Shown one piece after another: positions 11,192 to 23,279 of a DNA stretch of 63,857 nt (position 1 is the first letter of the stretch; the number at the start of each line of letters is the position of its first letter). The position numbers were made by a program, and so were the translations under genes. The DNA is taken from assembly GCA_008632985.1 (NCBI GenBank), contig QPGO01000030.1, forward strand, positions 124,001-187,857, in the 5' to 3' direction. The DNA is from Psammoneis japonica. Its lineage: Eukaryota. The notes beneath the pieces were generated by a model. The model ran no database searches. It saw nothing but the letters and a program-made list of their open reading frames with translations, and was not told the origin of the DNA.

Positions 11192-12789
11192 TCTGTGTCA
11201 CTTCAATGCGAAAGAAGACACTACGGTAGCGTAAGAAAAGGTGAAGAAAGGCCTCCTTGCTCCTTGTGCTCCTCCTCTCCTCACTTTGGCTTCGTTTCTC
11301 TTCTCTGCTCCTTCACCGTTCGATCGCCAATCGCCAACACGAAAATCATCAGCAACAAACAAAAAAAGAAAAAAGAGAGAAAAAAATGAAAATCGAACGC
11401 ATGCGAGAGAGAGCGAGTGCGCGAGCCCGCGCGCAAGATCGAGCAGAAGTGACAACACAAGCGCCTAGCCTCGAAAATCATGGACAGCTTGCCGAGTTTC
11501 ATTTTTGGCATGCCAGTAGAAACATCCAATGTGTTTCTACATGTGACAGCACGAACATCTTGAACTCTGCGAGCTCCAACACCAGAACAACACGAAGCAT
11601 GAAGAGTTTGCGAGAGAGCGAATGGCGTTGCTGACACACTGTGAGCGCAAAGCAAAAATGCCAAAACATTGTTGTTGCACAACATGTGGGTGGTTGGTCT
11701 GTCAACAGACAAAATGAATTTCCCCTTCAAAGCTGGTCAGAAGCTTCAACAGACTGCACAGCTGTTTGTGTGTGTTGTTGGGTGGCAACAGACAGAGGGG
11801 CATGCGTGGCCCACTTTGGGTCATTCTCAAATGACAACCACAGCCAACTCCTCCACCAACATTGCTGATGTCTTCTCTGTCGAATTGCTGCTCAATTCAG
11901 CCAATGCTCTCTGCAGCAGAAGAGCAAATGATGAGACTTCCAGCTTGTCCACCAAGATGACAATGCCGCCGACTCGACAACTCTCCAGCACTTTTGTTTC
12001 AGTCACAGATTTGTCATGTGACTGGTCAATGTCCACAACCGCAAATCTTTTCGGAAGTGTTGCTTGTTTGCACCCACAAAGCAGAGCCCCCCAAGCTGCT
12101 GCTGCATGGAGAAAAGGATGACAAAGCAGCCAGTCACAGTTCCTGGATGAGCAACCTCTTTTCAGAACAAGCCCTCCTCCTTGGGATCAAGCTCAGTTCA
12201 CTGTCATGCCACCAATTTTGGCTCTGCTGAGTCATCCATGCTGCCGGTTGTGTTTGCCACAGTGCTGCTGAAGTGACTTCCAATGAGGCCAACATGTCAT
12301 TTGCAGTTCTTGCATCTGCACAAACAGATTCAGGCAAGCCCTCCTTGGCCTCCAGACACGTTCCAGATGCAGGTGGGAATCCGTGTGATGTTGGGCCCGC
12401 AGAATTCTGCATGCAAGCTCTGCAGCAAATTCATTGGGTGATGAATGTGCCAATGATTGCCAACAGAAAATGAGGCAATTTTGTGAATGCACAAACTCGT
12501 CCATGATTGATGCGCATCAATTTTTACTTGGCCGGGTGCATTCTTCAGACATTGAAGAATGCACACCTGGTGCACTCATGTTCACACAATTTTGTCAAAC
12601 AAAATGTCTGGGGTTTTGCAAAACAGCGAGTCTGGAACAGGTTTTTGGAAGATCACATGTGGAAATGTGCGAAACATGTGACGGATGACAACAAACAATT
12701 TTGTGTCACACATCAGCACTGCGAGCTCCCACCTGGGGCTGGAGCGTGTCTCCAGCTGACTCCACCGTCATGCTGCCACATTGAGAACT

Positions 12790-13315
12790 GCTGAGTCTTC
12801 CATGATGCATGCTGATGTCACAATGCTGCTGCCAAAGACACTTCAAACAGGGTCAGTGCATCGTTGCAATTCCAATGCCGACCATTGCACATCATGTTGA
12901 TGGGTCCAACGGCATCTTTTCATGGCGAAACAAAACCCCTGTGACTCGGTTACGACCGGCCATTGCTGGGTCTTCCACGCCACATGCTGAAATCACAATG
13001 CCACTGAAGACACTTCAAACAGGGTCAGCGCATCATTGCAACTCCAATGCCGACCATTGCACATCATGTTGATGGGTCCAACGGCGTTTTTTCATGGCAA
13101 AACAAAACCCCTGCACAACTCGGTCACAACCGGCCATTGCTGAGTCTTCCATGCCACATGCCAATGTCACAATGCCACCAAAGACACTTCAAACAGGGTC
13201 AGTGCATCATCACAATTCCAACACCGACCATTGTGCATCATGTTGATGGGTCCAACGTCTCGCTTTTTCATGGCGAAACAAAACCCCTGCAACTTGGTCC
13301 TCACGACCGGCCATT
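12790..13315 (+). repeat. Tandem repeat, 3 copies of ~175 bp
   Basis: Units start at ~12791, ~12966 and ~13140 (CTGRGTCTTCCA..AAGACACTTCAAACAGGGTCAG..CATCATGTTGATGGGTCCAACG..AACAAAACCCCTG..ACCGGCCATT). Confidence 0.95.
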
Positions 13316-13602
13316 TTCTTGAACCAATTGTCAGCAATGTTCTGAGACTCCATGGCAAGGGAGATGTGATGTGGCAAGGCAGTGTCTGAGTGCAAAAAAC
13401 GCCGTCGCATCATCATCATTGTGAGTGCGGCATGCACAGGCACAGGTCGCCACACAAATTTGAATGAGCTGATGGCTCCAACTGCCATTTCAGTGCAAAC
13501 GCAGGTAGAAACTTGCATGTGCACATCTGCACAACTTTGCACTGGCATGCCAAAAATAATGAACTCGGCAAGCTGTCATGCTGCATGTGCTGCAGACAAA
13601 AG

Positions 13603-13803
13603 AGGACCGAAAAGGGAAAAACAGTGGACCGAAAAATTTCGGTCCATTTTCGTCGCGCGCACGCGCGAATGGACCGAAAAGTCGGCAGAAGTGGACCGAA
13701 AAATTTCGGTCCATTTTCGTCGCGCGCACACGCGAATGGACCGAAAAAAGAACCGAAAAAAGAAAACAAGAGGGAAAGGAGTGGACCGAAAAATTTCGGT
13801 CCA
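13603..13803. repeat. Cluster of imperfect palindromes GTGGACCGAAAAATTTCGGTCCA, probable transposon subterminal repeats
   Basis: Full copies at 13624, 13691 and 13781; half-sites GGACCGAAAA at ~13604, ~13671 and ~13738. Confidence 0.8.
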
Positions 13804-13974
13804 TCACAGTTGGAAGTTGAAAGTACCTTGTCCCAGACACCAGTTACTTGTCTTGTGTTGCGGTTCTTCTTTGTTGTTTCAAGTAGTGTGGCGTGGGGGT
13901 TAGTTGTGTTTGAACACTTTTCACCTTGATGAATTGAAACGACGAAGCCACGATTGCGCAGTTTTGGGTGGAGG

Positions 13975-14448
13975 ATGTTGTCCGATAAGGCAAAGTTGGG
14001 TCTTTTGGCGGCTTGCTTGATTGGTTGTCTTAGCACCCTCTTTACCTCGTCCAGTTTCTTAATGGAGCACAGGGGCCTCAAGGTTCTTATCGCTCCATTA
14101 CAAACTCATTGTAAATCTCCAAGAATACAAGTACGAAAGTGCTTGGGAGGAAACGATAGCGCCGGCAAAACGCCATGCACCACTCTAGTATCTCAGGTAG
14201 AACAATGTGAAAAATTCGTCACGCAAGCCTATCGTCAAATTAACATGGGTGGATGCCCTCGCGAGCTACAGGCTGTAACAGTGTGTGAAGTGGAGTGGTG
14301 CGATGGCAACAGCGCTGAAGCAATGAAATCGTGTCAAGAGGAATGCAAGCAAGTATCCGAGGCCCTCACAAAGTGCATCAACCGACATGTTCAAGCCTAT
14401 TTCCGTCGGCACAATTTGCAGCAAGACGGAACCCTGCGCCAACAATGA
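13975..14448 (+). CDS. Small protein with N-terminal hydrophobic segment and four CX9C motifs
   Basis: ATG 13975; C-KSPRIQVRK-C, C-TTLVSQVEQ-C, C-PRELQAVTV-C, C-KQVSEALTK-C; normal dinucleotide composition. Confidence 0.75.
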   Translation: MLSDKAKLGLLAACLIGCLSTLFTSSSFLMEHRGLKVLIAPLQTHCKSPRIQVRKCLGGNDSAGKTPCTTLVSQVEQCEKFVTQAYRQINMGGCPRELQAVTVCEVEWCDGNSAEAMKSCQEECKQVSEALTKCINRHVQAYFRRHNLQQDGTLRQQ

Positions 14449-14495
14449 GTCAAGCAGCGTGAGTATCCATTGCTATGTTGAACCTCTTCCTTGTA

Positions 14496-16160
14496 TTATA
14501 AATCATAATCATCCAAATCCTCGGCTACGGCGTCCGCAACTGAGTCGTCATCAGAGTCAAACCATTCCTGAAACAGGTTCAATATTTGCGTGCGTTGTTC
14601 ATCTCCCTCGGTCCACTCAACAAAATCTTCAGCCAACTCCGCCGCGACTCCCCGTTGACTTGGATCTCTCACTACTTCGTTTTGGAGCCACTCGACCACG
14701 TTTGCTCGGCCAAACGCAACAGCATGCGAGAGTGGAGTATTTCCTCCGTAGTTTGGTTCTGAAAAGTCCACGTTTGCCGTGTCTTTCAAGTATTTGCACA
14801 CCTCCAGGTGACCACCCGAGGCAGCCCAATGAGCCACGGTACAACCGTTGCGATTCGCGACGCTAGAATCAGCGCGATTCCGAACCAGCAGCTTGACAAC
14901 ATCAAGGGCTCCAGACCAAGCTGCCCACTGCAGCACACTGTTTCCATCTTTGGTTAAAGCATTGACGAGTCGTTTTGCTTCTCCACTTGGAACCTGCGAC
15001 AAGAGATAACGACAAACATCAATGTGTCCTCCACAGCCGAATTCCCTCGTCTTGGCTCCAGCAGCAGCCCAATGTAGTACAGTTGCACCGTCTCTTTCCG
15101 CTTGGGTAAACACGCCGTCATCAAAGTGAGGCAAGAGCTGCTCTAGTGCGCCCAAATTGCCCGTTCCCGCTGACCAATGAAGAAGAGACACGCCTCGAAC
15201 GTCTCGCTCAATCGGATTTGCTCCATGTTGTACAAGTAGCGCAGTCAACTCTCCGGACGTAATGTTGACATGTTGCAATGGCCACTCATTGTTTGGTTGG
15301 CAGAGGTCGTTTCTAGCGACTGCCATGAGACCACGTGCAAACAAAGCATCAAACGCTTCCACCTGCTTTGCGGTAATTCTACTACCAGATGCTGCCTCAT
15401 TTCCATCCTCTTGCTTCCACTGATTACACAAGGCACAAAATCGCTTTGCTGATCGACAAGACACGAGAAATTCCTGCCATAAAGTTCTGCCGTGTCTGTT
15501 CTGTTGAAGCAACGCCTTGCCGTTTGGTAGTTTTTTGTACACAAGAAAAGCATGCCGAGGAGCAACGGTACGTTCAAGGCGAGCTCCAAAGTAATGGGGC
15601 AAGACCATTTGACGAATCTCCTCAGACAGAACTTCGGTGGAGTTGTCGCTTTTGCCGCAGATTGTTTCCTGAAGAAATCGCATCTTTGGCCTCAAGTGAC
15701 GACGAATATCTAAACCCAAGAGTGGCGGAAAAGTACGGTTCATTTCAAGTACTTGATCATCCGTGTATCCTCCATACTTAACAAGAAACTCAAGACTTGA
15801 CATGTTTTCAAATTGAGTCTGGTTTTGATTGTCATGACGGTACAGATACCTGAAGGAATGATTCAATCGTCGAGCCGCACGTGGTCGAGTGGCTCGCTGT
15901 TCGTGGGGACGGTCATCTTCTTGAACAAACGAATCCTCCACGTGGGGTGAGAAAGAAATGTCAGTTTTGAAAGTTGAACTAAACAAAGTATCAAGTGATT
16001 GTTCATGTTGACGCCATTCAACATGCCGATGCGGTTCAACGAAGCCTGCTCTCATGTTATTGGCTGCTGCGAATGCACCAACATGATGTGAATGTCGAGA
16101 TCTTGCGAGGAGAACGCAGAGGAAATTCAGTGTTTCCCATTTTCGATTCTTCCACGTCAT
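14496..16160 (-). CDS. Ankyrin-repeat protein with mTERF-like N-terminal region
   Basis: Ankyrin repeats GVSLLHWSAGTG, GATVLHWAAAG, GNSVLQWAAWSG, GCTVAHWAASGG, GNTPLSHAV; mTERF-like FPPLLGLDI..LRPKMRFL and PHYFGARLERTVAPRHAFL. First in-frame ATG is 16160. Confidence 0.85.
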   Translation of the reverse strand: MTWKNRKWETLNFLCVLLARSRHSHHVGAFAAANNMRAGFVEPHRHVEWRQHEQSLDTLFSSTFKTDISFSPHVEDSFVQEDDRPHEQRATRPRAARRLNHSFRYLYRHDNQNQTQFENMSSLEFLVKYGGYTDDQVLEMNRTFPPLLGLDIRRHLRPKMRFLQETICGKSDNSTEVLSEEIRQMVLPHYFGARLERTVAPRHAFLVYKKLPNGKALLQQNRHGRTLWQEFLVSCRSAKRFCALCNQWKQEDGNEAASGSRITAKQVEAFDALFARGLMAVARNDLCQPNNEWPLQHVNITSGELTALLVQHGANPIERDVRGVSLLHWSAGTGNLGALEQLLPHFDDGVFTQAERDGATVLHWAAAGAKTREFGCGGHIDVCRYLLSQVPSGEAKRLVNALTKDGNSVLQWAAWSGALDVVKLLVRNRADSSVANRNGCTVAHWAASGGHLEVCKYLKDTANVDFSEPNYGGNTPLSHAVAFGRANVVEWLQNEVVRDPSQRGVAAELAEDFVEWTEGDEQRTQILNLFQEWFDSDDDSVADAVAEDLDDYDL

Positions 16161-19100
16161 CGCTTCAAGCACATCTCTTCTTGGAACGTCCTTGCCAATC
16201 CAACATGGTTGAAACAACAGCGGTCTCTTTTGCCACTCTGAAGCTACCGGTCTCAACAGCATCGATCGCCAATCGTGGGTCGTGGGTCGTCTGTCGAGCA
16301 AGCAACAAGCAACCCGGTGTTTCGATTCGGTCTGTCCTGCTGTCCTGCCCGTCCATTTTTGGAATTCGAGCACTCTACTCTACACTAGAGCTCTAGAGCT
16401 GCTAGCTAGAGACATTGGAAAACAGAAAACCTTTTCGCGCAACATTGATCCCGTCATTGAGCTGATCGCTTTGAAGCACTTGTGAACCCATGTGTGTCAG
16501 AACAACTGCATTCTGCTTGGGCAGTGTCACATGTTGGATTGTTGTGGAGATGATGTGCACACTGTCCCCATGGATGTGCAGGTCTCCAACAGCAGAGGTG
16601 CACAAGAGTGCTGCCTTGTCATGGTGGCCACACCAGATTTGCCTCAGAGACAGCTTGCAATTTCAGTCCAGTCAGCACAGTTGTGTTGAGAGCACCTGGT
16701 CAAGCCACAGTTCACCATTTGCCAGCAGTCCAGATCATCTCTGCTTTTGTTGTTTTGCCCGACAAACCTTCCTCCTGGATGGGACACCCAGCAAGGTCCA
16801 CAGCAGCAAGCAGAGCAAACATCACTCGCACACCCACCCTGTGCAATTTCATGAGTTGAGCTGACCCACCCTCCACCTGTTGGGGTCCTTTCTGCCCCAC
16901 AACCATTTGGACATGCTTGCATGAGATTGAGAGCAATGGTCGCAGCTTTGGCTGTCCTTGCTCCCCTCTTCTTTCATTCTCTCGAAGAGCCCCAGCTGCC
17001 CAATGCAAATGCAACAGTCACACAGTGCACAGTTTTTAACACCATCATCATTGTGGCAAAGGACACCATCTGCCATTGTTGAGATCATTTGCAAAGAGCA
17101 ACATTTTGTCACACCACAAACAATCCACAGCAGCACCCAGCGGCAGGGCAGGAGGGAGTGGCACCCAACTTGCCAAATGTCAGTGTTGCCCCACCACCCC
17201 AAGTTAGCTTCCTGTGCAGCCAGTGGCTGGAGCACAAAACATCAACACCCCACCACTGCCGCAAGCTCTGGCATGCCACTGACACCTCAAGCAGTGCCAG
17301 GAGCAGGTCACAGGTCAGCCGCCACCACCATCACCCCCCTGCAGGAGGAGGAGCACTGGTGCCAGCAGCACTGCTGGCTCTGGCTGTGCACAACTGCCAG
17401 GCTTGCCATGCTGTGGCAGCAAGAGAGATCTCCACACCAAGGAGAGCACACACCAAGTTGATGCAGGACTTTGTGGCGCTGGTGTGGGGGCAGTCTCACT
17501 GCAACCTTGGTGCTTTGCACAGTTGGGTGGCAGCAGCTTTGAGTCATGATTTGCCTGTGGTGGTGATGCTGCAGCCACTGTCACACCCACCAGAACACTG
17601 CAGCAGGTGCTGCACAACCTTGGGAGGATGACAGCATTTTTGCAATCATGGGGGACCTCACTCACAACCAGCTCACTCCAGTGGAGTTTGGAGATGCATC
17701 CTTCCAAGCAGCTCAGTGTGGTGCTTGGCCAGGCACCCACCCCCATGAAGCACCACTGGGCAAATTGCCGCCATTCCCCATGGACTCCATCCACATGTTC
17801 AGGCAAGTGCAGTCAACATGGAAGAGGGTGAGCTCACAGCACAGTGCACACACTGTTTGAGTTTACACTGTTGAGCCCCAAGAAAGTGCATCTGCACATC
17901 TGCACACAGGGTTGCTGCAGCAGCAAACAAGGTTGCTGCCACTGCTGGATTTTCTGTGAGGGGCACCATGCTGCACAACCCCCAACCCCCAGCCACAGCT
18001 GGTGGCAGCACAGGAGTGGCCATGCGTGGTGCACCCACATGATGATGAAGCCCCCACATGGCATTTGCACCTTGAGAGGTGGTGTGAGTGTGCAACATCC
18101 CTGAACATGCAGGCCAAAAGCCCAGCAACACCCACAGCAACTCTGACCCATTGCAGCCACCATTGAAGAGCTGACATCCCCCAGCATGGGAGGTCTGCAA
18201 TTGAGCTGCTGACATCTGAGCAGCATCAGCAGCATCAGCAGCACCTCAATGCAAAACAAGAGTGTCAATCCTCAGCAGCATGTGGGAAGACTCCAGGTGA
18301 GTTTCTGGGAGTTTTTGGCATCACCAAGTTGATGCACTTGGCACTGGTGTCAGGTGTGGTGTGACAAAGCAGCTCTGCTGCCCCTTCTTTGAAGCAATGT
18401 GGCTGCACAGCTCAGAAGACCAGCCACATTGCTGCAGCACAGAATGTGCTTGATGAGCAGTGGCATGCACTGGCACTGTGTTTTGATTTGCCAGTCTCTC
18501 ATGGCAAAAATGACAACCAACCAAGATGGAGCAACTGGATTTTGTGGGGGTCGCAACCAGGATGAGCCAATGCAAGGAATCAACCCATTCCTTTTTGGCC
18601 TCATGACTCCACAGAGTGCAGAACAAATGGCATGCCACAGCATGGCAGATGTGTTTCTTGGACCTGATCTGCTTGAGACTTGACACTCTAATGTCCAACC
18701 ATGACTTGGGGCAGATGTTTTGACAATGCTGTGTGCTTGTAGAGTCTTTGATCCTGAGGTGCTTGGAATGGGTTGCATCAGAACAAATCTTCTTGTTTTG
18801 CAGACAAAAAACAGTGTTCCATCTTGAGGTGCTGCTCGCATTGAGCTTCTTCTGCTTGGAAATCGATTCCAGCAGAACTGGCACCACACATGTGCACATG
18901 CATGGATGCATGGAGAAGTGGGTGCTCCATCATTTTGTGGGACACCCAGCTCCTGGAAGATGTGCTCCAGCTCCAGGTGGGACCACACTGTGACAGTGAT
19001 GTTTTTCTGTCATGCACTGTGTGTCACACATGTGCACTTCTGCATGACTTTGGTGGCATTGTGTGTCATTTTGCACTGATTCACTCAACAAGTCTCACAT

Positions 19101-20399
19101 TGTTTTGCACAAAGCCATTCTTAAATGTCTGCAGGCTGGGGTGGCATGGTGCAGGCAGATTTTCTGCAATTGTGAACAACACGAAGAAGTGCAATTGTGA
19201 TGCAAACTTGGTCATTCACTTGCATGATGAAGATGAGCACATTCATTGCTCAATGTGCAAACTGCAGAGCTTGCCATGTGAAACTCCATGGGCCCAAGTC
19301 ACACAGAGTCCTGCCTGGGGCTGGGGTGCATCAGAAGCACTGGACAAGGTGCTGGTGGTGACCATGGTTGCAAGTGCCCCAACAATCTTGTGATGGGTGT
19401 CCCCTGGTTTGTTGAGCTGCTCTGGGTGAGAACTGCCCGGTGGTGCAGTGGTCATCCCGGCAGCACCATTGCATGGAAGTGTGCATGAACAAGTTGGTGT
19501 GCAGCATGCAGCATGTCCAACCCTGCCTGCCAATTTTCAAAGATGCACTTGAGTTGAAATCTGCCCTTGGTTTTGAGCACAGGCAGGTTCCCATCAGCCA
19601 GCTCCATTTGGGCCCCTTGGCAGTGTGCACAAGGCAGTGAAGAGTGCCACATTCTGGCACCAGCTCCATCTTCATCAACACAGTTGAGCATGATGTCTGG
19701 ATCATCTTTGGCAATGGTGGAATTGACCAGCAGCCATCAAAAGCCCTTGCCTCTGTAAACTGGGGTGCTCTTGCAGCAACAACACAACTGTGCACAACTC
19801 CCAGTTTCTTGTGACAGCCGCACTTTGCAAAGTCACACAAGACTGGCCTGACATGTGAGGTTGAAGAATGGCAGGTTGCTGCACTGTGTGCATCAAGCCA
19901 CCTTGAGATGACAAAAGAGCAGTGCATTGACACCCACATCATGTCAAGGGACAGTGCAATGCCAACTGTGGATTGAGCAATGACCATTGCAACAACCACA
20001 CTGAGAAAGAACAGGCCCAACTCTTCTCCCAGGGCAAGGAACACAGGAAGGCTGAGTGGGTCTTTGGCAACAGACCAAGTGTGGGAACTTCAATCCAAGA
20101 GCCACCCCTTGTGTTGACAGCACAGTTGACACATTCACAACCCTCAATTGTGGAGAGTCCAACACCCCACTTCCCATTGTGGACAGGACATGGCTGCTGC
20201 ATTGTGCAATGACAAGACAGGTGAGCACACACAGATTGATGCTGAGTTGTTGTGTTGCAGAGGTCTCACTTGCTTGTTGCATCTGTGGTGCAGCAGAGGC
20301 AACAGGGGCAAGCCAGGCAGAGAGCCAAACACCACCCAGCACACAGGCTCTTGAACAGTTGCAAGAACTCAGGCACCCCCATCACAATTGCCAGCAAGC

Positions 20400-21320
20400 C
20401 ACGGAGGTGTGTCAAGCTGCACTGAGTTCTTGGGTGTGGCAGATGCAGTGGAAAAGGGATTCTGGGCAGTGCTGCTCTGCAAGGAAGTCATGAGCATGCC
20501 CAGTGCAAAGCTCAGCCCCCCTGGGGTTGTGCTGCAGCATGGTCATTGCCCATGGCCAATCATGGATCACACCTTCTGTGGGATCAATCCTTTTGTGCAG
20601 TCCAACATGGCAGCCCAACATGGCAACAGGGTCAATGCAATGCAGGTGAATGTTCAACTGCCTGCTCCACCACAGGCTCCTGGCACAAATCCTGCCAAAG
20701 GAAAGGTTTGCCTCATTGTGACAAACTTGGCTGACCATTTTGCAGGATGCAACTGGCACTGGAGAGGCAGAGCACCCACATTGGGTGTGACATTTCCTCA
20801 ACTTCCAAGGGAGATGCCACCTGTCACCACTTCAATGAAGTCATCTGCAGGTTGGGCCAACTCACCACCCCTGCTCTGCACCACAGCCACCAAACCCTCA
20901 GAACCAATGTGACCATCCTCAACTTTGTGCACAATGTGCCAGCACCGCTGCACACATTGGAGTGATGGCTCAACGGCAGAGCTGCCTGCCACCTTGCCTG
21001 GATCCTTGCCTCCAGCCAAGAAGATGAAGATGCAGTCTCCTCCAATGCATTAAAATGTGCATTGGTGACTTCATTGGAGCAGCTGCCAAGCTTCACAGAA
21101 CACACAAAGTGTGCTCCTCTCCATGCACTTGATGATGCCAAACTCCATCCACTTGATTGTCAGGACCATCCCACCCACAAAGATCCAGCATCTGTGAAGA
21201 AGCTCCACCAGGGTGATGCAACTTGGTCAACCCAGAAGGAAGTGCCAGGTTGGGCTGTGGGCACTCAGTCTGCAACCCTTTGCTTGACCCCTCATCAGTG
21301 ATCCAGGCTTCACAACACAC
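20400..21320 (+). pseudogene. Ngaro/DIRS-type reverse transcriptase remnant
   Basis: EKGFWAVL, KLSPPGVVLQ..PIMDHTFCGIN, LADHF, GWANSPPLLC, LHALDD..PLD..DHPTHKDPASVKKLHQGDATWSTQKEVPGW. Confidence 0.8.
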
Positions 21321-22164
21321 TGTGCACCAGGACTTTCTCACACAAACAAAAGTGTGCCACCATGTCCAACTGGTGTCAAAGGGGGCTCCTTGGAGAATTC
21401 CTTTTGCTTGGCATTGGTTTGCCATGCTCATGCAGGCTCTTTTCAGAGCTGCAAGAAAATCTCCATCACACTGCACTGCACTCATGAGTCTACATTGCAG
21501 GCAACTCACATGGTGCAATGGACACAAGGACTTCCACAATTTAGAATCTGCCATCAGTTCTTGGTGCCCACATGAATGTGAAAACTGGCCCCATTGCAAA
21601 CCACTGCATGGTGCAGGTGCTGTGCTCTTGCCAACTGCAAGAACATTGGCACCCCCTCCCATCACAAGTCACCAAAAGGCTGGGCACCTGAACAAATGCC
21701 ATGAGGCCCCACCACCAGCACTGATCCAGAGCTTGCCAACAGCATCATTCAATCCTGCACAGTGGCCAAGTGTTTTGATGTCAGGGAGCACACACTGCTT
21801 TCCTGTCCTGACAACATGGGCACACCATGTGCTTGCAATGCAAAGGATCAGCTGCATCTGTGAAAGTGCTTTTTGATGCAGCTGCACACCTTCAGCAGTC
21901 CATCTGTGTTTCTGTGTGACTTCTTGCACTGATGATGTTGCCCTTTACAGATGGTGTCATGTTGGCTCCAACAAGCCCATTTTGTCCACATTTGCCAATG
22001 GCATGACCTCATTGCAGCATGGTGAGAAATGTTCTTCAGTGGAAAATGACCAGTGCTGAAGCCTTGTGGCTTGCATCCTGGTTGTCATTTCTTGCAATTG
22101 TCTGTTGTCTCAGAAAATTTTCCACACAGGTTCAAGTGCAAATTCTGCATGGCTCAGCAGCAGA

Positions 22165-22605
22165 AACTGCTGATGATTTGCATGTCACATCTCCGGACTG
22201 CTTTTGTCCTTGCCAATCAGTCTTCAACACTGCTTCTTTTCTCTGCAGTTCAACCAACAAGTCCTCCACTCTTTGGTGTGAAAGCACTGCCTCTGTTGTG
22301 AACCTTTCCAGCAAGAGCATGAGCCATCCTTTGGTGTCATTTGATTGTCATCTGTTTGCCACTCTCATTGGCTTTTCTGTGCAAGATCTGGCATTGTTGC
22401 CATGTGATGCCACTGACGATCTGCTTGTCACATTTCCAGACTGCTTCTGTCCACACCAACCAGTCTCCAATGCCACTTGTTCTTTCTGTCATTCAATCAA
22501 GTCTTTCACTCTTTGGAGTGGAAGTGCTGCCTCTGTTGTGGCCCTTGCAAGCACAAACAAGAGTTGCCTTTCAGTGCCATTTGATTGTCATCCATTTGCT
22601 GCACC
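22165..22605 (+). repeat. Diverged tandem duplication, period ~240 bp
   Basis: ~22165-22365 aligns to ~22408-22605 (CTGAYGATYTGC..GACTGCTT..CACTCTTTGG..CTGCCTCTGTTGTG..CATTTGATTGTCATC). Confidence 0.8.
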
Positions 22606-23279
22606 ATTGGCTTTTTCATGCAAGATGATCCAGCATTGTTTTTGTGTGCAATGAATTTTTTCCCAAATGACCTGCTTGTCTTGCCTTGAGGCACCTGGTT
22701 CAATGCATCCAAGTCCTGTGCAATCCTTCTTCTGCTTGCCAGGTGTCCCAGCTCACTGCTTTGAGTGACAAACTTCTTGTTGTTGCAGCTCTCCTTGGCA
22801 CAAGAATGCAGCATGTTCCAAAGGGTTCTGCGGGCTCTTTTAAAAACCTGTCTGAACACAATTGTCCTTTGCAGTTGTGCTGTGCCTTCCATGGCTGTTG
22901 CCAACAAGCATGCAACAAAAACTCCTCTTGCAAGCCATTCTTGTTTAGTCATTTTGGCGGGTGTCACCTTCTGGTGGTGCCCACTCTGGCAAATCATGCA
23001 CAAGCTCCTCCTTCACTGAAACAGTGCAGCAGGAATGTGGGTTGGCTGGCACTGGCCTGGCTGGCAATGGAGTGACAGCACTGAAAATTTGGATCTGTTT
23101 TTTTTTGGCATCTGTGAAACCAGCTGCAAAGCTTCTCAGTGATGCCAGCCCCAGTGCCAATGACACCACTGCCACCTTGGCTCACATGCCTGCCTGCCCG
23201 CCCAGCCCCACCAACACTGCTGCTGAAAACACTTCCCACCTGCAAAACCTTTCTGGTCACAATTTGTTGCAAAGTCTTG

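Larger units (their letters stand above)
11450..13900. repeat. Decayed repeat block 2 (class unresolved)
   Basis: TA-poor, TG/CA-rich DNA between two genes; contains a 3-copy tandem repeat and palindromic repeats at its right end. Confidence 0.75.

Noticed and set aside
12790..13803. Possible CRISPR array (175-bp units; palindromic 23-mers)
   Set aside because: No unique spacers between constant repeats, no cas genes, and a eukaryotic context.
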